This document shows positions 58,749 to 64,000 of a stretch of 64,000 bases of DNA, in pieces (position 1 is the stretch's first letter; each line of letters begins with the position of its first letter). The stretch is from a virus, in IMG/VR virus record IMGVR_UViG_3300006920_000004, positions 4,110 to 68,109 of that record. One strand, 5' to 3'. The notes under the pieces were generated by a model. It worked only from the letters and a program-made list of their open reading frames with translations, did no database searches and had not been told where the DNA came from. The position numbers were made by a program, and so were the translations under genes.

Positions 58749-58921
58749 TGAAAAAGAATATTTTATTAGTAATTGAAAACGGATTTGCTTGGGGTGGTGT
58801 AATAACTGCTTATGCTATGGCAATTTTACCAATCATTCAAGTTATGGCAGGTGTAGTTGCTTTTGTATTTTCGTTATTGTCTATAATCAAAATTTGTAAG
58901 AATTGGTATGAAAAAGATTAA
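58748..58921 (+). CDS. 57-aa membrane protein (holin candidate)
   Basis: MKKNILLVIENGFAWGGVITAYAMAILPIIQVMAGVVAFVFSLLSIIKICKNWYEKD. Confidence 0.6.
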   Translation: MKKNILLVIENGFAWGGVITAYAMAILPIIQVMAGVVAFVFSLLSIIKICKNWYEKD

Positions 58922-59108
58922 GCAAAATTGGGAAAGTAAATTAAGCACGGCAATGGGTTTTATAGTTGCTATTTCTACGGCTTGGATAACTATTGATTGG
59001 ACAGTTTTTGATATCAACAAAGAGTACCCTAAATTGATTTTAAGTGCATTAATTGGGGTTGGTGGATATATGACAAAAATAAATTCAAATGGAACTAAAA
59101 GTAATTAG
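58908..59108 (+). CDS. Holin candidate
   Basis: Two TM segments, directly upstream of the endolysin. Confidence 0.65.
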   Translation: MKKIKQNWESKLSTAMGFIVAISTAWITIDWTVFDINKEYPKLILSALIGVGGYMTKINSNGTKSN

Positions 59109-59117
59109 AGAAACCAA

Positions 59118-59498
59118 ATGGCAACTAGAGATATAAAAGACGCAGTACCGCAATTGCAATTGGCTTACGAAGCAGCAAAAAAAGAATACCAAACGCTTTA
59201 CCCAACAGCACCACAGCCTTTTTTAACCTGCGTGCATAGAAGTAATGAAGAGCAAACACAACTATACGCACAAGGAAGAACTATTAAAGGTAAAATAGTA
59301 ACCAATGCCAAAGCAGGGCAAAGCAAGCACAATAAAATACCTAGCGAAGCGTTTGACGTTGGTTTTATTACTTTAGATAAAAAACTAAGTTGGGATTCAA
59401 AACATTTTAAAAACTTTGCTGCCATTATAAAACCAAAAGGAATTAAATGGGGCGGAGAATTTAAGTCAATTCCCGATGCGCCACACTTTGAAATATAA
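59118..59498 (+). CDS. Endolysin, M15 (L-Ala-D-Glu) peptidase
   Basis: RS..EQ..LYAQGRT, TNAK.GQS.HN, AFD, WGG.F, D.PHFE. Confidence 0.92.
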   Translation: MATRDIKDAVPQLQLAYEAAKKEYQTLYPTAPQPFLTCVHRSNEEQTQLYAQGRTIKGKIVTNAKAGQSKHNKIPSEAFDVGFITLDKKLSWDSKHFKNFAAIIKPKGIKWGGEFKSIPDAPHFEI

Positions 59499-59501
59499 AC
59501 C

Positions 59502-59894
59502 ATGCTAATCCTACTCATATCAATATCACTTATAGCATACGCTTTTGCGGGCTTATGTGAGGCTATATTCGAAGGAATATGGTATTACGATTCTATTAGC
59601 TATTACTTTAAGAAAACTGCTAATAAAGTATTTTGGTCAAGAAAAGCATTTTACGGAATTAAAGATAGAAATAACGATGGAATAGTAAGTTATTGGGAGA
59701 GTACATTTATTTGTAATGGCGGTCATGTAATTAAGTTTGTAAAGACATTTGGGTTAATCCTTGCATCTATTGGTACAATACTAATTACAAAATACAGTTT
59801 AAAATATGCTATTTTCTGTGTACTTTTTGGACTTGTAATCGTTAAGCCTAAAACATTTGATATATTTTTAACCATATTTAAGAAAAAGAAATGA
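59502..59894 (+). CDS. Membrane protein
   Basis: Three hydrophobic segments. Confidence 0.6.
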   Translation: MLILLISISLIAYAFAGLCEAIFEGIWYYDSISYYFKKTANKVFWSRKAFYGIKDRNNDGIVSYWESTFICNGGHVIKFVKTFGLILASIGTILITKYSLKYAIFCVLFGLVIVKPKTFDIFLTIFKKKK

Positions 59895-60103
59895 CAATCA
59901 AAGAATTTATATTATCAACATTAGTAGTAATTATACTAGCATTTATTGGTGGGTTTTTTACCTGTAAAAGTTTTCACGAAGAACCTAAAGAAGTAGTATA
60001 TGATATTACTCATATAGCAGATAGTGTAATAGCTGCTAATAAACATTCAGATACAGTAATTATAGAATTAGAAGGAAAAATTAAGTTGTTATTTACTCGA
60101 TAA
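59891..60103 (+). pseudogene. Probable truncated membrane-anchored (spanin-like) gene, 5' part
   Basis: N-terminal TM, ends abruptly at the inserted promoter; a start-less 3' remnant lies at 61293-61388. Confidence 0.45.
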
Positions 60104-60119
60104 TAGCTATCTTTGCATT

Positions 60120-60221
60120 ACAAGTTCGGTCTGACACTTTAGAACTTAACAATATTAAACTTCCCATTTATTTGAATTTTGAAGTCAGACCCAAAAAGAG
60201 AGTATTTGGGATTTTTTATTT
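60120..60221 (+). ncRNA. Kissing-loop/terminator 5' leader of an HNH gene
   Basis: Promoter TATCTTTG 60108-15; AAGTTC/GAACTT hairpin with loop GGTCTGAC (60128-35) complementary to GTCAGACC (60184-91) in the loop of the TCCCA/TGGGA-U6 hairpin. Confidence 0.65.
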
Positions 60222-60887
60222 ATGGAAATTTGGAAAGATATAAAAGGGTACGAAGGTTATTATCAAGTAAGTAGTTTAGGGAGGGTTAAATCATTTAAAG
60301 CTAAAAAGGCTAAGATAATGAAAGGTACAGTATCTAATAAAGGGTATCGAGTAGTAAGCTTATGCACAGATAATATTCAATATAAAAACAGCGTTCATGT
60401 ATTGGCAGCCATTGCTTTTAAAGGTCATATACCATGTGGGCATGAAAAAGTTATAAATCATATTGATTTTAATAAATTAAATAATCAAGAAGATAATCTT
60501 GAGATAGTAACACAAAGAGAAAACTGTAACCAAAAACATATAAAATCAAGCAGCCAATATATAGGCGTATATTGGCATGAAAAGCATAAAAAATGGTATG
60601 CTGTAATTTCGTACAATGGCAAGACTAAATATTTAGGATATTCAGAAATAGAAAAGGAGGCATCTATATACTATGAAAATGCTTTATTAGCTATAAAAAA
60701 TGGCAAAGAAATAATCGCAAAGAAATCCGATTTTTCTTCAAAATATAAAGGGGTTTCATGGCATAAAAAATCAAAAAAATGGAGAGCAGTTATTAAAATC
60801 AACAAAAAGGCAGAATATTTAGGTACATTTGCATCTGAAATAGATGCACATAACGCATATCAAAACGCTTTAAATAAAATAATATGA
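60222..60887 (+). CDS. NUMOD4-HNH-AP2 endonuclease
   Basis: EIWKDIKGYEGYYQVSSLGRVKS; INHIDFNKLNN...NLE..T..EN; two AP2-like repeats. Confidence 0.92.
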   Translation: MEIWKDIKGYEGYYQVSSLGRVKSFKAKKAKIMKGTVSNKGYRVVSLCTDNIQYKNSVHVLAAIAFKGHIPCGHEKVINHIDFNKLNNQEDNLEIVTQRENCNQKHIKSSSQYIGVYWHEKHKKWYAVISYNGKTKYLGYSEIEKEASIYYENALLAIKNGKEIIAKKSDFSSKYKGVSWHKKSKKWRAVIKINKKAEYLGTFASEIDAHNAYQNALNKII

Positions 60888-61291
60888 AAAATATAACAAT
60901 AATCGCAACATTACTATTACTTTCAAGCTGCTACACTAAAAACCAAGCACTAAAAAAATTTTGCAAACAAGACACAACTCAATTTGTTTTTATTATCCAT
61001 GATACTATAATAATTGATTCAGTTCAAGTTGATTCGGTATTTAGCGATAAAGTTGACTCGGTGTATATAACAAACGATAGGATAGAGATTCAGTATGTAA
61101 AAAAGTATGGTAAAATCTATTTGCAAGGTAAATGTAAGGGAGATACTATTTATCGTGAAAAAATAGTAACAATTAAAGTTCCTTCAACTTGCATAAAACC
61201 CTCTAAATTTGAACAGTTTATTTTAGATTCAAAGTGGTGGGTTTTGTTCGTGATAATACTTCTTGTATCACTTTTGATATATAGGAAATAA
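60884..61291 (+). CDS. Unimolecular spanin candidate
   Basis: Lipobox LLSSC, beta-rich middle, C-terminal TM helix followed by basic residues. Confidence 0.7.
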   Translation: MKNITIIATLLLLSSCYTKNQALKKFCKQDTTQFVFIIHDTIIIDSVQVDSVFSDKVDSVYITNDRIEIQYVKKYGKIYLQGKCKGDTIYREKIVTIKVPSTCIKPSKFEQFILDSKWWVLFVIILLVSLLIYRK

Positions 61292-61384
61292 TAAGGCTCT
61301 TAAAACTAAGAATACTTCACTAAAATCATACTTAAAGATTTTGGGTGGAATTATATTAGTTGAAGTAGTGCGTTTACTTATTAG

Positions 61385-61543
61385 TTAAGGCTTAACTTTA
61401 GGAACAAAACTCTCACACTTATCTTTTAAAGCAAATACTGTATGTGAATAATGCTTACAGTATTTCGCACATTCAAACCTTTGCCCACATAATACTTTTG
61501 TGCCAAAGTGTTCTCCACTACATTTTTGTTTTATCTGTTCCAT
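61385..61543 (-). CDS. 52-aa Cys-rich protein
   Basis: MEQIKQKCSGEHFGTKVLCGQRFECAKYCKH...CESF; minus-strand TACTTTTG promoter at 61553-61560. Confidence 0.55.
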   Translation of the reverse strand: MEQIKQKCSGEHFGTKVLCGQRFECAKYCKHYSHTVFALKDKCESFVPKVKP

Positions 61544-61633
61544 AATTACCCACAAAAGTAATAGAAAAACACCTAATTTAATAATTAAAATAAATTAATT
61601 AGGTAATAAATGTTGAAAACTTATCTTTGCATT

Positions 61634-61744
61634 ATGGAAAACGGAAAAGTAATTTGCATAATTATAGCCGCAGTAGTTGTATTAGCAATAGGTTGGGGGT
61701 ATATGATTAAAGAATATTTAGAGAATAAAATGGATGGGAAGTAA
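61634..61744 (+). CDS. 36-aa leaderless membrane peptide
   Basis: TATCTTTG-N4-ATG; MENGKVICIIIAAVVVLAIGWGYMIKEYLENKMDGK. Confidence 0.55.
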   Translation: MENGKVICIIIAAVVVLAIGWGYMIKEYLENKMDGK

Positions 61745-61845
61745 GTGGACGCTGAAAGACTTAAAGGATAAGGGAATATTCGTTAATAGTGATGGAATAG
61801 GAAAGAAATTAGACAAGCCTAAGACAAAGAAAGTAAAAAGTAAAG

Positions 61846-62172
61846 ATGATAGAAGTAAAGATAAAAACACTTTCGGTAAATGAAGTTTGGCAAGGTAAAA
61901 GGTTTAAAACACAATCGTATAAAAATTACGAAAAAGCTGTTTTATTTATGCTACCTAAAATACAATTACAAAAACCTCCTTACAGAGTAGATTTTGAATT
62001 TGGCTTTAGTAATGTTTTGTCCGATATAGATAATCCAATTAAGCCAATATTTGACATACTTCAAAAAAAGTATGGAATAAATGATAGAGATATTTATGAA
62101 TTGGTTGTAAGAAAAATTATAGTAAAAAAGGGGCAAGAGTATTTTAAATTTAATATATTGCACATTGAATAA
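61846..62172 (+). CDS. rusA: RusA-like Holliday junction resolvase
   Basis: LSVN, DIDNPIKPIFDIL, NDRDI motifs. Confidence 0.85.
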   Translation: MIEVKIKTLSVNEVWQGKRFKTQSYKNYEKAVLFMLPKIQLQKPPYRVDFEFGFSNVLSDIDNPIKPIFDILQKKYGINDRDIYELVVRKIIVKKGQEYFKFNILHIE

Positions 62173-62232
62173 TAAATAAATAAGTAAATAAAAACCAAGT
62201 AAATTAAATTAAGTAAATTAAATTAAGTAAAA

Positions 62233-63069
62233 ATGAGTAGAAGTAATCAAGAAGAAACATCGGTAAATCCAACTAAGCGTTGGTTCAGATGGTCAGGTAA
62301 GAATGGTAGTATCACATACTACGACAAAGAAAAGAAAGAAAATGTGCCTGTAAAAATGCCATTTACATTCCTATTATTAGATGAATTAACGTCAATTTCG
62401 GGTTATAGTGAATCCGAAGACAAAGGAATTTATTCTAATGAAGTAAAGTTTACTAACAGCGAGAAGTTAAATGTTCGTTGCGGTAAGAACACAATTGAAG
62501 TTGGCTTGTATGCTGACATTAAAGATGCTGTAAAAGCTAAAGGTGGGAAGTATTCAAGAAGTTGCTATATAGCATTTAAAGATGACAATGGTAGTTTGGA
62601 AATAGGTAATTTCCTTTTTACTGGGTCTTCGTTAAGCGGTGGCGACCACAAAGAAAAAGGTGCTAAAGAAAAGATTAAGTTAGATGGATGGATGGACTTT
62701 ATGAACACTCACAAGAAAACTGTTTATAACGGTGCTGTTAAAATAGACCTTGAGCCAAGAGTATGCCAAAAGGGTTCTAATGAATATAGAATACCTAAGT
62801 TTTCATTACAAGAAACTAGCGAAGAAACAAACACTTTAGCTGCTGCCTTAGATAATGATTTACAAGCATTTTTAGCAGTGTACTTAAAGAAAGATAACAC
62901 TAAAGAAGAAACCCCTACTACACCTACTGCCGAGCCTAATAAATTAGCTAATACAGAAGCAGTTTATGGTTCGCCTAGAACGAGAGAAGAAATTACTGCA
63001 CCTAACGAAGACTTTACTTCTGGATTTGGTGCAAGTAACGATGATGATGGAACTGAGTTACCATTTTGA
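62233..63069 (+). CDS. Probable phage single-stranded DNA-binding protein
   Basis: Aromatic/beta-rich core and acidic tail ending DDDGTELPF. Confidence 0.65.
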   Translation: MSRSNQEETSVNPTKRWFRWSGKNGSITYYDKEKKENVPVKMPFTFLLLDELTSISGYSESEDKGIYSNEVKFTNSEKLNVRCGKNTIEVGLYADIKDAVKAKGGKYSRSCYIAFKDDNGSLEIGNFLFTGSSLSGGDHKEKGAKEKIKLDGWMDFMNTHKKTVYNGAVKIDLEPRVCQKGSNEYRIPKFSLQETSEETNTLAAALDNDLQAFLAVYLKKDNTKEETPTTPTAEPNKLANTEAVYGSPRTREEITAPNEDFTSGFGASNDDDGTELPF

Positions 63070-63184
63070 TAACTAATTGATTATCAAATGAGTAAACAAT
63101 TATTTTTCGAATCAAGAGAGTTAGAAATAGCTCTCTTGACAAGAGAACAAATCGCACAATTAAAACAAATAGAGGAACAAAAAC

Positions 63185-64000
63185 ATGAAAGTACAGAGAG
63201 TAATAATAAACGAGTTCAAGAAGTTAAAGGACATAGACGTAAATTTAGATGGTAAAAACGTATTTGTTAAAGCAGAAAACGGTGTAGGCAAATCTACTTT
63301 TATGCAGTTCATAGAAATTGCACTAGGAAGTAAAGCTGCTGTACCACCAGATGCCAAAGGTGAAGGTGTAGTTTTAGTTGATAAGAATGGAGTTGATTAC
63401 GAACTTAAAGTTAAGTTTAAAGATGGTAAGAGTGTTATAACCGTTAGCGGAGAAGGTTTAAAAGACAATTCTAAATCAGCTATTGCTCAATTAGTAGGTA
63501 AGATAGACTTTGATGTAGATGAATTTGTAAAGATGTCCGACACAAAGAAAGGACAGAAAGACCAAGTAGAAGCATACAGAGATATGTTAGACGAGGAAAC
63601 TAAAATATTCTTACGCAAGATTGAGAATACTATCAAGGCTTCATTTGACGACAGAACCGAACTAACAAGTAAAGTCAAACAACACAAAGCATGGATACAA
63701 GAAAGCCCTTTGTTTGGCAAAGACTTAGACATAGAACCTTTAGATGCTGCTGAAATTCAAATGGAGTTAGAGAGTGCTAACAAGAAAAATATTCAAGTAG
63801 ATAAAGTTTTAGAGAATTTAGAGATAAGGACTAAAGACATTGCTATTTGGGAGGAGGAAATTAAACACATACAAGCTAAAATTTATGCTGCTAAACAATC
63901 AGATGAGTTAGCTTCTAAGTGGATTCCTAATAACCCTAAGATAGATGTAACAACTATTACTGCTAAGTTTAACACAATAAGTGAACATAATAAGAGAGCA
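63185..64000 (+). CDS. SbcC/Rad50-like ATPase, runs off the right edge
   Basis: Manual translation MKVQRVIINEFKKLKDIDVNLDGKNVFVKAENGVGKSTFMQFI...; Walker A then coiled coil. Confidence 0.85.
   Translation, partial: MKVQRVIINEFKKLKDIDVNLDGKNVFVKAENGVGKSTFMQFIEIALGSKAAVPPDAKGEGVVLVDKNGVDYELKVKFKDGKSVITVSGEGLKDNSKSAIAQLVGKIDFDVDEFVKMSDTKKGQKDQVEAYRDMLDEETKIFLRKIENTIKASFDDRTELTSKVKQHKAWIQESPLFGKDLDIEPLDAAEIQMELESANKKNIQVDKVLENLEIRTKDIAIWEEEIKHIQAKIYAAKQSDELASKWIPNNPKIDVTTITAKFNTISEHNKRA

Noticed and set aside
60104-60887. Group I intron around the HNH gene
   Set aside because: The non-coding part is only ~120 nt, has its own promoter, and shows no P7-type core or re-joinable exons.
1-64000. Stop-codon reassignment (TAG/TGA) as in some crAss-like phages
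   Set aside because: Long genes are intact in the standard code, TAG and TGA end real genes, and no suppressor tRNA is present.
1-64000. CRISPR array, diversity-generating retroelement or retron
   Set aside because: No regularly spaced repeat-spacer array, no reverse transcriptase, and no template/variable repeat pair seen among fibre genes.

Overview
A 64-kb, very AT-rich segment of a tailed-phage genome, almost certainly infecting a Bacteroidota host: about 25 TAnnTTTG promoter elements and A-rich translation starts without Shine-Dalgarno sequences. The virion genes resemble crAss-related podoviruses (terminase, portal, scaffold, major and auxiliary capsid proteins, ring, hub and muzzle-like tail proteins, large ejection proteins), but no RNA polymerase is visible in the window. 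From left to right: two DNA methyltransferases bounded by attC-like hairpin sites; about 20 tiny early-type genes with an intergenic hammerhead ribozyme; an XRE regulator, a GIY-YIG nuclease and a serine resolvase; replication genes (Twinkle/T7-type primase-helicase and an initiator with internal iterons); small middle genes; ejection proteins interrupted by a ferritin/KilA-N moron; tail genes and an initiator-like tRNA(CAT); an opposite-strand packaging/tail block; the capsid/tail block; lysis genes (holins, M15 peptidase, u-spanin); RusA, an SSB-like gene and an SbcC-like ATPase. The most unusual signals are non-coding: (i) an integron-like (attC) cassette arrangement carrying methyltransferases in a phage, (ii) two sequence-unrelated but structurally matching kissing-loop/terminator leaders in front of two HNH genes, with a stand-alone sRNA next to one, (iii) a complete hammerhead ribozyme, and (iv) systematic leaderless gene starts together with a phage initiator-type tRNA. 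All calls were made by eye; no database searches or folding programs were run.
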